The notes under the pieces: model-generated | What the model was told of the DNA's origin: nothing | Seen by the model: the letters and a program-made list of their open reading frames with translations, nothing else | The model's database searches: none | Made by a program: the position numbers and the translations under genes | In this document: positions 1 through 13,251 of the stretch, piece after piece | How positions within the stretch are numbered: the first letter of the stretch is position 1 | How the letters are laid out: each line of letters opens with the position of its first letter | Assembly (NCBI GenBank): GCA_965204535.1 | Contig: OZ241996.1 | Location: 1,088,001-1,152,000 of the forward strand | Direction: 5' to 3' | Origin: a bacterium | Lineage (GTDB): Bacteria; UBA8248 | Length of the DNA: 64,000 bases

Positions 1-47
1 CCACCGCCAAATAGGATAACAATCACCGATAAGTTTGGTCAAATTGG

Positions 48-1496
48 TTATGCGCGGTGCTCCGAGGTGCGCGAATCCCGGAAAAGAGAGAGCTGATAGT
101 CGTTTTCCTCGACTGGAATCGGGTAATTTCCCGAAAAACAAGCCGTGCAAAACGCATCTTCATTCGGATGAACGCAGCGAAGCAGACCCTCCAGGGATAA
201 ATAACGGATGCTATCCGCCCTCAGGAACTGCCGGATTTCCTCCACGCTGTTCGAAGACGCCTTCAGTTCCGCGAGGGTAGGCATGTCGATACCGAAGAAA
301 CACGGGTGGGTGATGGGGGGAGAACTGATGCGCATGTGCACTTCTTTTGCCCCTGCTCGCCGGATGAGTTCGACGATTTTTTGGCTCGTCGTGCCCCTGA
401 CGAGGGAATCATCGACCACGACGACTCGCTTGTCCGCCAGAAACTCTTTCATTGGGTTTAATTTGAGTTTGACTCCGAAATTTCGTATGGACTGTTCCGG
501 TTCGATAAACGTGCGGCCCACGTAGTGATTGCGAATCAGGCCCCATTCAAAAGGTAAGCCCGATGCGTCTGCATATCCGAGCGCGGCGGATAGGCCCGAG
601 TCCGGAACGGGCGTGACGATATCCGCCTCCACATTGTCTTCCTCGGCGAGCCTAGCGCCTAGTTTTCGCCTGATGCCATAAGCGTTCTTCCCGAAAATGA
701 AGCTGTCCGGACGGGCGAAATAGATGAACTCGAAAATACATTGCCGATGTTCAACAGACGCAGAGTGAGAAATGCTCCTTAAGCCGTTTTCGTCGATAAT
801 GACCATCTCTCCGGGTTCAATTTCGCGGATATATTCGGCGTCAATCAAATCGAGTGCGCACGTTTCGCTCGCGAGAACCCAGGAATCGCCTCCGCTTTGC
901 CCGGCGGGGAGTTTGCCCAATGCCAGAGGGCGGAAGCCAAGAGGGTCACGGACGCCAATCAACTTATCCTCGGTCATCATCGTGAGCGTATAGGCGCCCT
1001 CCAATCGTTGAAGGGCTTCGACAATGGCTCCCTCGGTGGTTTTCTCCGCGGAGCGGGCGATGAGATGCAGGATGACCTCGCTGTCCGTCGTGCTGCGGAA
1101 TATGGAGCCGTTCGCTTCGAGTTCCTCGCGTAGGGAGCTGCCGTTGACGAGATTTCCGTTGTGGCCGAGGGCGAGGGTTCCTTTGGCGTAGTTCACCAGA
1201 AACGGTTGGGCATTCTTGATGTCGGATTGCCCGGCGGTGGAGTAGCGGTTGTGTCCGATGGCGATGCGGCCTTTAAGCTTGGCGATGCGCTCTTCCGTGA
1301 AAACATCGGCCACGAGACCCATGCCGACTTCGCTGTGCACCTTCTCCCCATTGGAAGCAACGATGCCCGCACTCTCCTGTCCTCTGTGTTGAAGTGCGTA
1401 GAGTCCCAGATAGGCCATATTGGCTGCTTCTGGGTGACCGTAGATTCCAAAAACCCCGCATTCTTCTTTCGGATGGTCATCTATCGAAACAGACAT
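48..1496 (-). CDS. purF: amidophosphoribosyltransferase
   Basis: Propeptide followed by CGVFG, QHRGQES, HNGNL and PRPP motif VVVVDDSLVRGTT. Confidence 0.97.
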   Translation of the reverse strand: MSVSIDDHPKEECGVFGIYGHPEAANMAYLGLYALQHRGQESAGIVASNGEKVHSEVGMGLVADVFTEERIAKLKGRIAIGHNRYSTAGQSDIKNAQPFLVNYAKGTLALGHNGNLVNGSSLREELEANGSIFRSTTDSEVILHLIARSAEKTTEGAIVEALQRLEGAYTLTMMTEDKLIGVRDPLGFRPLALGKLPAGQSGGDSWVLASETCALDLIDAEYIREIEPGEMVIIDENGLRSISHSASVEHRQCIFEFIYFARPDSFIFGKNAYGIRRKLGARLAEEDNVEADIVTPVPDSGLSAALGYADASGLPFEWGLIRNHYVGRTFIEPEQSIRNFGVKLKLNPMKEFLADKRVVVVDDSLVRGTTSQKIVELIRRAGAKEVHMRISSPPITHPCFFGIDMPTLAELKASSNSVEEIRQFLRADSIRYLSLEGLLRCVHPNEDAFCTACFSGNYPIPVEENDYQLSLFRDSRTSEHRA

Positions 1497-1497
1497 C

Positions 1498-3731
<2,234 letters not shown>

Positions 3732-3735
<4 letters not shown>

Positions 3736-4433
3736 GTTGAAGCCACCATCCGCAGCACGGACATAAACATCTGCAACCCGTCCTCGCCGCCCAGCAGGGG
3801 GTCGCAACTTCGCTCGGGATGCGGCATGAGGCCCACCACGTTACCTTGCTGATTGCATATGCCCGCGATGTTATCCATCGAACCGTTGGGATTCGCTTGC
3901 GCGTTCACGTCACCTTCCGCGTCGGCGTAGCGAAAAACAATCTGATCGTTATCTTCGAGTGCGGCGAGCGTCTCGGGATCACAAAAATAGTTTCCCTCGC
4001 CGTGCGCGATGGTCATTTTGAGGATTTCGTCCGGTTCGATGCCGCAGGTGAAGGGGGTTCTCGACGTTTCGCATTTGAGCCAAACTTCCTCACAAACGAA
4101 GCGAAGCGACTCGTTTCGCCTCAAGGCCCCGGGCAGGAGACCCGATTCGGTCAGGCACTGAAAGCCGTTGCATATGCCGAGTAGGGGACGCCCCTCACGT
4201 GCATGCGTGGTAACGGCCTTCATGATGGGCGAGAAGCGCGATATGGCGCCGGCTCTTAGGTAATCCCCGTAGCTGAAGCCTCCTGGAAGTATCACCACTT
4301 CCGCGTCTCCCAAAGAGGTCTCCTTGTGCCATACGAATCTCACCGGCTGTTTTAGAACATCCTTGATGGCGTGGTAGCAGTCGTGATCGCAATTGGAGCC
4401 GGGAAAGACGATGACGGCGAATTGCATTCTCAT
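3732..4433 (-). CDS. purQ: FGAM synthase glutaminase subunit PurQ
   Basis: [29 protein letters not shown]. Confidence 0.97.
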
Positions 4434-4690
4434 CTCCCGCCGTTGGTGGATTCATCCGTCATTTCGATGCGGTAGTCTTCGATGACGGGGTTGGCGAGCA
4501 GGTCGCGGCACATTTTTTCCAGATCGGCATGAACGTCTTCCGCGTCTTCGAGTTCTATCTCGATAAATTTCCCCACGCGCACGTCGTTCACGCCCTTGAA
4601 TCCAAGAGAGGAGAGCGCTCCCCGGATGGCTTCTCCTTGGGGATCGAGCACGCCCGCTTTGAATGTCACGTAGACCAGGGCCTTCGGCAT
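4430..4690 (-). CDS. purS: FGAM synthase subunit PurS
   Basis: VLDPQG and [10 protein letters not shown] motifs; lies between purC and purQ; GAGGTGG upstream of ATG 4690. Confidence 0.95.
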   Translation of the reverse strand: MPKALVYVTFKAGVLDPQGEAIRGALSSLGFKGVNDVRVGKFIEIELEDAEDVHADLEKMCRDLLANPVIEDYRIEMTDESTNGGR

Positions 4691-4708
4691 TACCACCTCA
4701 AGGCGAAG

Positions 4709-5422
4709 TTAATCTATGACGAGTTTTTCGACTTCGGCGTATGCGTCTTCCACCTGCCCCAAGTCCCTTCGGAAGCGATCTTTATCCAGTTTGCGACCCG
4801 TGCCCTGCTCCCAGAAACGGCAACCATCCGGCGTGATTTCATCGCCCAGAAGCAGCTTGCCGTCCTCGGCCGCACAGCGCCCGAACTCGAGTTTGAAATC
4901 GACGAGGTCGATGTTTCGCGCAGAGAAAAACGCGGTGAGGATGTCGTTCACCTTGAAGGCGTATTCGCGCATCTGAGCGAGTTCTTCGCGCGTCGCCAGG
5001 TCGAAGGCCACGGCGGTGTCTTCGTTGATGAGCGGGTCGTCGAGTTCATCGTTTTTCAAATGCAGATCAACGATCGTGTTTGGGAGACGCGCACCTTCTT
5101 CCACCCCCATTCTCTTGGCCAGGCTTCCCGCGATGATGTTTCTCAGCACGACCTCGACCAGAATGATGTCGAGTTTTTTCACCAACATCTCCCGATCGGA
5201 GAGTTTTTCCACGAAATGCGTGGGCACGCCCTGACGCTCGACCTCCTGGAGCAGACGAGAGGAGATGGAGTTGTTGAAAACGCCTTTGGCTTCGATGGTG
5301 CCCAGTTTCTTGGCGTTAAAGGCAGAAGCATCGTCTTTGAAGAACTGGATATAGTAGTCGGGGTTGTCGGTCTCGTAGATGATCTTGGCCTTGCCTTCGT
5401 AAACCTGTCTGCCGCATTCCAT
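4709..5422 (-). CDS. purC: SAICAR synthetase
   Basis: YEGKAK, LVDFKLEFG, DEITPDGCRFW, LDKDRFR. Confidence 0.97.
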   Translation of the reverse strand: MECGRQVYEGKAKIIYETDNPDYYIQFFKDDASAFNAKKLGTIEAKGVFNNSISSRLLQEVERQGVPTHFVEKLSDREMLVKKLDIILVEVVLRNIIAGSLAKRMGVEEGARLPNTIVDLHLKNDELDDPLINEDTAVAFDLATREELAQMREYAFKVNDILTAFFSARNIDLVDFKLEFGRCAAEDGKLLLGDEITPDGCRFWEQGTGRKLDKDRFRRDLGQVEDAYAEVEKLVID

Positions 5423-5575
5423 GAACAATTCTCCATATGAGGATCGCTGAATTCGAACCTTCGTCTCAGGGGTTATTCCATCATTTTAAAGGGTTAAAAA
5501 ACGACCATGCCGGGCGTTCAGGACTTGCAATCCTAACATAACCGAGCCGGTTTTTGTCACCCCGTATATTCAGTT

Positions 5576-6883
5576 TCATTCCTCATCGGGACCGAAGACG
5601 CGCTCGAAAATCCGATCCAGATTTTTCAGGTGGGCGTCCATATCGAAGCAATGAGCGAGTTCCTCTTCACCCAACACGCCGCCCACTTGTGGGTCCGCCG
5701 CCAGTTTCGCCTGGAAATCGCCTCCCTCGGCCCATATTTCCATGGCGGGAGCCTGAACCCGCGCGTAGGCATCCTCCCGCGTGATGCCCGTTTTGCGAAT
5801 CAGGGCGAGCATGACGTGTTCACTGAGGAGCAATCCCCTCGAGCGCGCAAGGTTTTCCAGCATCTTGTCGGGATAGATCACCCAGTTCTTCATCAAGTCG
5901 TTGAGTTTGGCCAGCATGTAATCCACGAGAATCGTGCTGTCCGGCAATATGACGCGTTCCACGGATGAGTGGGATATGTCGCGCTCATGCCATAGAGGAA
6001 CATTCTGCAGGGCCGCCGTGGCGTTCCCCTGCACCACGCGGGCAAGGCCGCACAACTGCTCCGAAACCACGGGGTTTCTCTTATGGGGCATGGCGGAGCT
6101 TCCTTTCTGGCCTTTGCTGAAGAACTCTTCCGCTTCGCCCACTTCGTTCCTTTGCAGGTGGCGCACCTCCGTCGCCACGCGGGAGATGCTCGTCGCCACG
6201 AGAGCGAGAGTCAGGTGAAACTCCGCATGGCGGTCGCGCTGGATGATTTGGCTGCTCACGCGGTCCACCTTGAGGCCCAGGCGCTCGCAAATGGTCTCTT
6301 CGGCGTCTGGGGGAATGTGGGGACACGCGCCTACGGCGCCTGATATCTGGCCGACGCGAACGGTTTCACGCGCGCTTTGCATTCGCTCATAAGCGCGCTC
6401 GAACTCGGTGTACCAGGTGGCTATTTTGAGACCCAAGGTTGTGGGCTCGGCGTGCATCCCGTGGGTTCTGCCCGAAATGATGGTGCGCTTTTGCTCCAGA
6501 GCGCGTTCTTTCAGGGTCTTTTTCAGTTCCTGAATATCATCGAGGATGATGTCGGCCGCCGATATGAGCTGAAGCGCAAGGCCGGTATCCAGTACGTCGC
6601 TGCTCGTCATGCCGAGGTGAATGTAGCGCGAGGATGGTCCTACATGCTCCGCCACGTTCGTGAGAAAGGCAATGACATCGTGCTTGGTTACGCGCTCAAT
6701 TTCCTTGATTCGTTCCGTTTCGAAAGCCGTTTTTGATTTAATCTCATCCAGCGCCTCCGCCGGAATTTCGCCGCGCGCGCACATTTCCTCGCAAACGGCT
6801 ATCTCCACATCGAGCATGCGCTGCAGTTTTTCCCGTTCTTCCCATATTTTCGCCATTTCGGGGCGGGTGTATCGCGGAATCAA
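5576..6883 (-). CDS. purB: adenylosuccinate lyase
   Basis: MIPRY start, GRTHG, GSSAMPHKRNP. Confidence 0.97.
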   Translation of the reverse strand: MIPRYTRPEMAKIWEEREKLQRMLDVEIAVCEEMCARGEIPAEALDEIKSKTAFETERIKEIERVTKHDVIAFLTNVAEHVGPSSRYIHLGMTSSDVLDTGLALQLISAADIILDDIQELKKTLKERALEQKRTIISGRTHGMHAEPTTLGLKIATWYTEFERAYERMQSARETVRVGQISGAVGACPHIPPDAEETICERLGLKVDRVSSQIIQRDRHAEFHLTLALVATSISRVATEVRHLQRNEVGEAEEFFSKGQKGSSAMPHKRNPVVSEQLCGLARVVQGNATAALQNVPLWHERDISHSSVERVILPDSTILVDYMLAKLNDLMKNWVIYPDKMLENLARSRGLLLSEHVMLALIRKTGITREDAYARVQAPAMEIWAEGGDFQAKLAADPQVGGVLGEEELAHCFDMDAHLKNLDRIFERVFGPDEE

Positions 6884-7674
6884 GGAAGACCCTCCGTTAT
6901 CCCTCCGGCGCCCACGAGGGGAGTCGGCTCATCCTGAGAAGCGCTCAGGAGATTTTTCCGTTCGTGGCCGTTCAACGCTTTTCGGGCCGTTTCCAAGATA
7001 AGCTGGTTCTCGTTGTTCTCTTGGGAGATATGGGCGCAGATGAGCCACTCGAAGTCGGCCGTTACGATGTTCCTAAGCAGCTTGGCTGCGTCCTCGTTGC
7101 TGAGATGTCCGAGTTTGCCTCGAATCCTTTGTTTGATCGGCCAAGGGTAGGGGCCGTTAATGAGCATTTCCACGTCATGATTGAATTCCAGGACGAGTCC
7201 CTGAAGTCCCTGGAGCCGCTGGCGCGCCAGATTCGTGACGAATCCCATGTCGGTGGCGAAACCGACGCGGCGCCCGTCTTCATCGTTGAATATCAACCCG
7301 AAGGGGTCGGCCGCGTCATGGGGCGTGCTGAAAGGTTCGACCCGTATGCCGCCGATGTGAAAGGGGAGTCCCACTTCGATTTCCGTCCACGCAGGAGTCT
7401 CGCCTATCGTTTCCTGGCTCGCTGTGTAGGTAGCTTTGTTCGTCCAAAGGGGCAGATTCCACCTTCTCGCCAAAGTGCCGGCGCTTCTGATGTGATCGAT
7501 ATGTTCATGCGTGAGCACGACCGCCATCAGATCCTGTGGATGGACGCCGTAGGTTTCCAGGCGCTTTGTGATTTGCCGTGCGCTGAGGCCCGAATCGACG
7601 AGAAACGCCGTACCGTTTGAGCGTACCAAAGCGGCGTTTCCCCGACTCCCGCTGCCTAGAATTCCAATTTCCAC
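6880..7674 (-). CDS. MBL-fold metallo-hydrolase (YycJ/WalJ-like)
   Basis: SGSRGNA, THEHIDH, PHDA, GHLSN. Confidence 0.88.
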   Translation of the reverse strand: MEIGILGSGSRGNAALVRSNGTAFLVDSGLSARQITKRLETYGVHPQDLMAVVLTHEHIDHIRSAGTLARRWNLPLWTNKATYTASQETIGETPAWTEIEVGLPFHIGGIRVEPFSTPHDAADPFGLIFNDEDGRRVGFATDMGFVTNLARQRLQGLQGLVLEFNHDVEMLINGPYPWPIKQRIRGKLGHLSNEDAAKLLRNIVTADFEWLICAHISQENNENQLILETARKALNGHERKNLLSASQDEPTPLVGAGGITEGLP

Positions 7675-7700
7675 GTCTCTCGTCCCGTCGTTATTTCCAC

Positions 7701-8306
7701 TCAGCGATTAAAGGCGATTTTCCGCTTTTGCGAGTCCCTGGTGAAAACCTCATCAATGCGGTGGCAAATATAATGAAGGGCGGCTTCATGGGCTTCCTGT
7801 ATAAAATCTGTGTCATTCGAGGGAACCTTCGCCGCATATTTTGCAGCTTGGGAGGCTGGGCTTCCGCCGCTTCCGGTCATCGTGACGCCAACCAATCCAA
7901 AGGCGTCGGCTCGTTCAAGGGCAGAGACGACATTGGCCGACTTGCCGCTCGTACTCAGACCCAGGGCGACGTCTCCCGCTCGTCCGTGCGCCTGGATCTG
8001 GCGAGCGAAAATTTCCTGGTACGCGTAGTCGTTCCCGATGGCGGTGAGGGCGCTCGTGTCGCCACTGAGGCAGATAGCAGGCAGGGGAGCGCGCTCAGCC
8101 AGGAAGCGACCTACGAGTTCGCCCGTGAAATGCATGGCGAGCGCGGCGCTCCCTCCGTTGCCGAAAGCGATGATTTTCCTTTCGGATATCAGGCATTCGA
8201 CGATGACGCTGCATATGTCGTCTACCTGCCGGGAGTAGTCGCTCACAGCAAGCGATTCATACTTCACGGCGCGTTCGGCCAGGAATTCCTTTGCCGATGA
8301 TCCCAA
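7701..8306 (-). CDS. gmhA: phosphoheptose isomerase (SIS domain)
   Basis: GNGGSA, TAIGNDY, STSGKS, IQEAH; start uncertain (TTG 8306 with GAGG upstream; ORF open to 8357). Confidence 0.85.
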   Translation of the reverse strand: MGSSAKEFLAERAVKYESLAVSDYSRQVDDICSVIVECLISERKIIAFGNGGSAALAMHFTGELVGRFLAERAPLPAICLSGDTSALTAIGNDYAYQEIFARQIQAHGRAGDVALGLSTSGKSANVVSALERADAFGLVGVTMTGSGGSPASQAAKYAAKVPSNDTDFIQEAHEAALHYICHRIDEVFTRDSQKRKIAFNR

Positions 8307-8395
8307 ATGATGCCTCTGAGTAGTGGGGCGGTAGGGAAGGTGGAGCAGGGAATCCACCCGGTACTCTGCAATCTAGCCGATCCATGGACTGAATT

Positions 8396-9358
8396 TCAAG
8401 GGTTGATGCTCAATCGTTTCCTGAAGTCATCTATTGTGGCCAGGAGACCCTCTTCCAGAGAAATTTCCGGCTCCCAACCGAGATGTTTTTTTGCTTTCCC
8501 GATGTCGGGTTGGCGGATTTTTGGATCATCAACGGGCAGCGGCTCATGCTGTATTATCGAGTCTGCGCCTGTAAGCGCAATGATTTTCTCGGCCAAGGCG
8601 AGGATCGTCATCTCGAAAGGATTCCCGAGGTTGAGAGGTTCATGAATTTCGCTGTCCATCAGCTTGATAAGGCCGTCGATGAGATCGGTGATGAAACAAA
8701 AACTTCTCGTCTGCATGCCATCGCCAAAAACACTGATTGATTCGTTCCGAATGGCTTGGGAGATAAAGGCGGGTATCGCGCGTCCGTCTGCAATTCGCAT
8801 TCTCGGACCATAGGTATTGAAAATGCGGGCGATGTGTACGTTCAGGGCATGGGTCCGATGGTAGGCCATTGTCATGGCTTCGGAGAATCTCTTGGCTTCA
8901 TCATACACGCCGCGCGGACCGATAGGGTTGACGTGGCCCCAGTACTCCTCGTGCTGCGGATGGATCTGGGGGTCGCCATATACCTCCGAGGTGGAAGCCA
9001 GAAGAAAGCGCGCTTTTTTCTCCTTCGCAAGCCCCAGGGCGTTATGAGTGCCGAGGGAGCCGACCTTTAGCGTCTGGATGGGAAATTTCAAATAATCATT
9101 CGGGCTTGCAGGGCTTGCGAGATGGAAAACGGCGTCCACGTTTCCCTTGATGTGAATGTGTTCGCTCACGTTGTGTTTGATGAGCGTAAAATTTGGATGT
9201 TCGTTTTCCAGGAAATGTTTGATGTTGAGATGGTGTCCGGTAAGAAAATTGTCGACGCATATGACATCGTTGCCCAGCGCGATGAGTTTATCGCACAAAT
9301 GGGAGCCGATGAAGCCCGCTCCGCCCGTTACCACAACGCAAGAGTTTTTCATTGTCAA
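8396..9358 (-). CDS. UDP-glucuronic acid decarboxylase family SDR
   Basis: [34 protein letters not shown]. Confidence 0.92.
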   Translation of the reverse strand: MTMKNSCVVVTGGAGFIGSHLCDKLIALGNDVICVDNFLTGHHLNIKHFLENEHPNFTLIKHNVSEHIHIKGNVDAVFHLASPASPNDYLKFPIQTLKVGSLGTHNALGLAKEKKARFLLASTSEVYGDPQIHPQHEEYWGHVNPIGPRGVYDEAKRFSEAMTMAYHRTHALNVHIARIFNTYGPRMRIADGRAIPAFISQAIRNESISVFGDGMQTRSFCFITDLIDGLIKLMDSEIHEPLNLGNPFEMTILALAEKIIALTGADSIIQHEPLPVDDPKIRQPDIGKAKKHLGWEPEISLEEGLLATIDDFRKRLSINP

Positions 9359-10680
9359 GGTTTGGGCGACGTTTTCCCGATGCTGAAGTATTCGAAGCCA
9401 GCATCTCTTATTTGTTCAGAAGAGTAGATGTTTCGGCCATCAAATATAACCGGTTCCATCATCTCTGATTTCAAGCGGTTCAGATTTAACTGAATAAATT
9501 CGCGCCACTCGGTGACAATTATAATCCCGCTTGCGCCTTTCGCGGCCTCGTAGGGGTTTTTACAATATTCGATATCCTCATCTCCAATGATTCGCTTGGC
9601 GTTTGCGGTGGCGATAGGGTCGTATGCGCGCAGCCTGGCACCCGCCTCGCGGAGTGCGTGACATATCTCGATGCTTTTTGCTTCTCGCATGTCATCCGTG
9701 TCCGGCTTGAACGATAACCCCAAAACGCAGATGGTCTTTCCCTTGAGTGGCAGTTGGTTCTTCGTACCGAGTCTTTCGATGATTCTTTGTACGAAACGAG
9801 GCACCCGGTTGTCGTTTTCCACTTTCACGGCCTCTAAAATCGACATTTCAGCGCCAAGTCTTCTGGAGGCGTGTAACAGGGCATCCACATCCTTAGGAAA
9901 ACAGGAACCGCCATAGCCCAAGCCTGCCCCTAGGAAAGCGTGGCCGATGCGGGAATCCGCGCCAACCCCTTTGATGACTTCTCGAATATCTGCTTGCGTC
10001 TCTTCACAAAGGTTCGCCACTGCGTTGATGAATGTTATTTTCGTCGCCAAAAATGCGTTCGAGGCGTATTTAATCAACTCCGCACTTTGCGTGTCCGTGA
10101 TGATGCAAGGAGCGTTCAGAGCCTGGTATAGAAGCTGAACGGTTTTTGCCGCTTTCTCGGATGATGAGCCGATGACGATACGATCCGGCTGGAGCGTGTC
10201 TCGCACCGCCTGCCCTTCGCGCAAAAACTCTGGATTGCAGACCACGTCGAAATCTGTTGAAGCGACGCCGCTTCTTTCGATGATCTCCTGAACGAAATCC
10301 CCCGTGCCGACGGGCACGGTGCTTTTGTTTACGATGACCTTGTAGCTATTCACCGCGTGAGCGATGCCTATCGCCGCCGCTTCCACATGTGAAAGGTCGG
10401 TTCCACCATCCTCGGCAGGCGGCGTGCCCACACAGATGAAAATAATCTCACTTTTCGAAACAGCCTCATGTATGGAGGTGGTGAATGTTAGCCTGCCTTC
10501 TTGTCGGTTGCGCTCCAGGAGTTCGGGTAGCCTGGGTTCATGAATTGGGCAGCCGCCCGTGTTCAGGGTGTCTACACGGCTTTGGTCGATATCCACGCCG
10601 ATGACTTCGTTGCCCAAGTCGGCGAATACGGCCCCTGTGACTAATCCGACATATCCACAACCGATAACGCAAATGTTCAC
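9355..10680 (-). CDS. ugd: UDP-glucose 6-dehydrogenase
   Basis: [33 protein letters not shown]. Confidence 0.95.
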   Translation of the reverse strand: MNICVIGCGYVGLVTGAVFADLGNEVIGVDIDQSRVDTLNTGGCPIHEPRLPELLERNRQEGRLTFTTSIHEAVSKSEIIFICVGTPPAEDGGTDLSHVEAAAIGIAHAVNSYKVIVNKSTVPVGTGDFVQEIIERSGVASTDFDVVCNPEFLREGQAVRDTLQPDRIVIGSSSEKAAKTVQLLYQALNAPCIITDTQSAELIKYASNAFLATKITFINAVANLCEETQADIREVIKGVGADSRIGHAFLGAGLGYGGSCFPKDVDALLHASRRLGAEMSILEAVKVENDNRVPRFVQRIIERLGTKNQLPLKGKTICVLGLSFKPDTDDMREAKSIEICHALREAGARLRAYDPIATANAKRIIGDEDIEYCKNPYEAAKGASGIIIVTEWREFIQLNLNRLKSEMMEPVIFDGRNIYSSEQIRDAGFEYFSIGKTSPKP

Positions 10681-10739
10681 TAAATTGCCTCACTCTGCAT
10701 CATATGAGCAGGTTGAGCAAAATTTAAGAAAAAAGCCTA

Positions 10740-13073
10740 TTACTCAAAAGGCAAAGGCGCCCATGAGCGACTATTCCAAAATCCGCCTTCTCGTAAAACA
10801 TTTCTTCCGCGTGTGGAACCCAGGGCTCTTTCACCTTCGAGAAGGCCGACAAGGTTGAAACCGACATAAACTTCGCTTTTATCCTTTGTGTCGGTGAATG
10901 TGAGTTCCACGCCCCAACAGCAATCAAGGTAGCGCGCCGTAATACTTTGCTCCAGCGTGGTCTTCTGGGTTTTGTTCAGACGCGAGACGTATTCGAGAGA
11001 AAGGTTCTGGTTGATGGAGAACCCCCCTCCGAAATTCAGGTGGCTACCCTCTGTATTTACCGGGTCGTTTCCATTTTGGCGCGTCCAGGTCCGATCGAGA
11101 TTGAGATACCACTTCTTCCCGCCGTCGACAAAGACACCTGTGGAATGTTCGCTGATTTCCAGGTCATAGGGGTTGTATTTGAATTGTTGTAGCAGGCGAA
11201 GCTTGGAGAAGGGCTGCGATTCGAGCCTGAAAGTGATATCGCTCAAGGGGCGTTTCGGCTTCGTGTCCAGTTCTTCATTCCTTCGCGCTTCGACGAGATC
11301 ATAAATCTGGCTGATTCGGTAGCGAAACAACTGCCTAGTCTGGAACCCGTCATTTAGGGGTAGTTTCGTCAATACACGATTCACGATGGCGTATTCGATG
11401 GCATGTTCATGCTGAAGAGTGTCCACCATATCCAGAGGGAGGATCAGGCTCCTGTCGTACGCGTCGTTGTTCGGGCTGTATTGATACATCGTTTCAAACG
11501 AGAGGATGTGCTTGAAATCCCGGAAGGGACCGAGTTTTCCTCGGTAAACTTTACTGTATCGCGGACCAATCGCATGGAGCTTCGCAAACCACATTTCACG
11601 TGAAAGACCGGATTCCACGTGTTGCGTATCATCGAAATACGAACCTGCGCCCGGCTCCGTTCTTTGATGCGTCCAGTGGGTCCTGCGGAATCCGATTTCG
11701 GGTGTCAGGCCAAGCCAGGGAACAGCCTCCAAGCGAAGCGATAAAGATGGTTCGACGTGAAAACGGCTCAGCCGGAGCGTGTTGTCGTTCTCCGTTTTTC
11801 TGAAATTGGTGAAAGAGGAATCCAAATTGAAGTAAAAATCGCTTTTCCCAAAACGTTTGTTGTGGATGTCAAGAATCACTTCCGGTGCTTTTTCGAATAA
11901 CTGTCCATCTGCTTCGCCCAAGCCTTCGCGTCTTCTCATTCCTAGTTGAAGCTGTCCGGCAATCTTGGGGAAATTTTGCGTGAAAGTGACCTGGGTATCC
12001 GTGTCCTGGCGCGTGCGAGTCAGCACATCGCCTTCAAGGGAGCGATCGCTTGACGGGCGTTTTTGTAAATCGACTACGGCGTGCAAATTGGCGCCTAAGT
12101 CCTTAAAATTCGTGCGGTGGACGCCCTTGACGTCCCAAAAGGCTGCACGCTCGATTTTGTCTTTCAGGTAGCGGCCCGCTATCTGTCCCGAGGTATTTCG
12201 ATTTGGTGTGTAACGGTACTCTCCTTTGTAGCGAGTACCGCGCTTGGTGAAATAATCTGCCCCGAAGGTGGCGTCCGTCGAATCGTTGATAGCCCAGAAA
12301 AATGAAGGAGAAAACTGAAAGCCGTTTCGACTGCTCGAGCCGATGCCCGGCAGGAGGAAGCCGGTGGCTCTTTTTGTTTTTATCGGCACCATCGCCCAGG
12401 GGAAAAATGCCGCCGGCACGCCTTTCACCGTCATGGTGGGGGCTTCTAGTTGAGCATAGCCCTCGATCTGGAAAGTCGCCCGCTCGAAGCCGAAAGCCCA
12501 GTCTGGAAGATCCCCTTCGCACGTTGTGAAAGTGCCCCCCTGGACTTCGTACCGATCTTCTGCCAAGCGCCGAATCACGCGTCCCGTCACATAATATGTG
12601 GTGCCGATGATGCCGCGCGCGTTGAAAACGACCATCCGTTCGGTATCGAGATTAAACTCGATGCGGTTGGCAACGATGCGGTCATTCGTGGTTTGAAAAA
12701 CAATGTTTCCAGAGGCGACGCCGTCGCGCGTCGATGTTTGCACCTCGATATGGTCCGCTTGGATTCTTTTGCCTAAATATTGAATGTCCGCAGAGCCGCG
12801 GCCGATAATTCGCTGTCGCTCCCGATCTTCTCGTATCTCATCGGCCGTGATGGCGATGGCGGCTTCGGGTTCTCTTAAGAACTTCAGACCCTCGTCGCTT
12901 CTTGTAGACGGAGTGGGTGGGACTTGGGCTTGCATGCCGTTCTTAGGCTGCGCTTGCGGGCAAGGTGGTGTCCAGAAAAGTACGAAAGAGAAAATGATGA
13001 TTGATGAACAAAACCCATTTGCTGTCAGAAAGGTGAATTTTGAATTATTTGACACGAAAATTCTCATCATCAC
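10740..13073 (-). CDS. lptD: LPS-assembly protein LptD
   Basis: OstA-like ITADEI region, FTTC, KRATGFLLP, C-terminal LDCCW; start uncertain. Confidence 0.85.
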   Translation of the reverse strand: MMMRIFVSNNSKFTFLTANGFCSSIIIFSFVLFWTPPCPQAQPKNGMQAQVPPTPSTRSDEGLKFLREPEAAIAITADEIREDRERQRIIGRGSADIQYLGKRIQADHIEVQTSTRDGVASGNIVFQTTNDRIVANRIEFNLDTERMVVFNARGIIGTTYYVTGRVIRRLAEDRYEVQGGTFTTCEGDLPDWAFGFERATFQIEGYAQLEAPTMTVKGVPAAFFPWAMVPIKTKRATGFLLPGIGSSSRNGFQFSPSFFWAINDSTDATFGADYFTKRGTRYKGEYRYTPNRNTSGQIAGRYLKDKIERAAFWDVKGVHRTNFKDLGANLHAVVDLQKRPSSDRSLEGDVLTRTRQDTDTQVTFTQNFPKIAGQLQLGMRRREGLGEADGQLFEKAPEVILDIHNKRFGKSDFYFNLDSSFTNFRKTENDNTLRLSRFHVEPSLSLRLEAVPWLGLTPEIGFRRTHWTHQRTEPGAGSYFDDTQHVESGLSREMWFAKLHAIGPRYSKVYRGKLGPFRDFKHILSFETMYQYSPNNDAYDRSLILPLDMVDTLQHEHAIEYAIVNRVLTKLPLNDGFQTRQLFRYRISQIYDLVEARRNEELDTKPKRPLSDITFRLESQPFSKLRLLQQFKYNPYDLEISEHSTGVFVDGGKKWYLNLDRTWTRQNGNDPVNTEGSHLNFGGGFSINQNLSLEYVSRLNKTQKTTLEQSITARYLDCCWGVELTFTDTKDKSEVYVGFNLVGLLEGERALGSTRGRNVLREGGFWNSRSWAPLPFE

Positions 13074-13194
13074 GATTCGTTAAAAACTATCTCTAACTTC
13101 GGATGAGCCGGGTTTTTCAAAACGGTTTTGAAGCAAAATTGATTATGAATACTATTCGAAGAGATCGCAATCGAGGGGAATAGTCAATTAGATA

Positions 13195-13223
13195 AGAAAT
13201 GGCTCATCATTCGAGCCATTTCT
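13195..13223 (-). terminator. stem-loop after pssA
   Basis: AGAAATGGCTC-N7-GAGCCATTTCT, perfect 11-bp stem. Confidence 0.6.
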
Positions 13224-13251
13224 AGCGGCATGAGACGCGCCTATAGGCGGA

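Noticed and set aside
1-47. start of a minus-strand gene after purF
   Set aside because: Too short to assign a frame or product.
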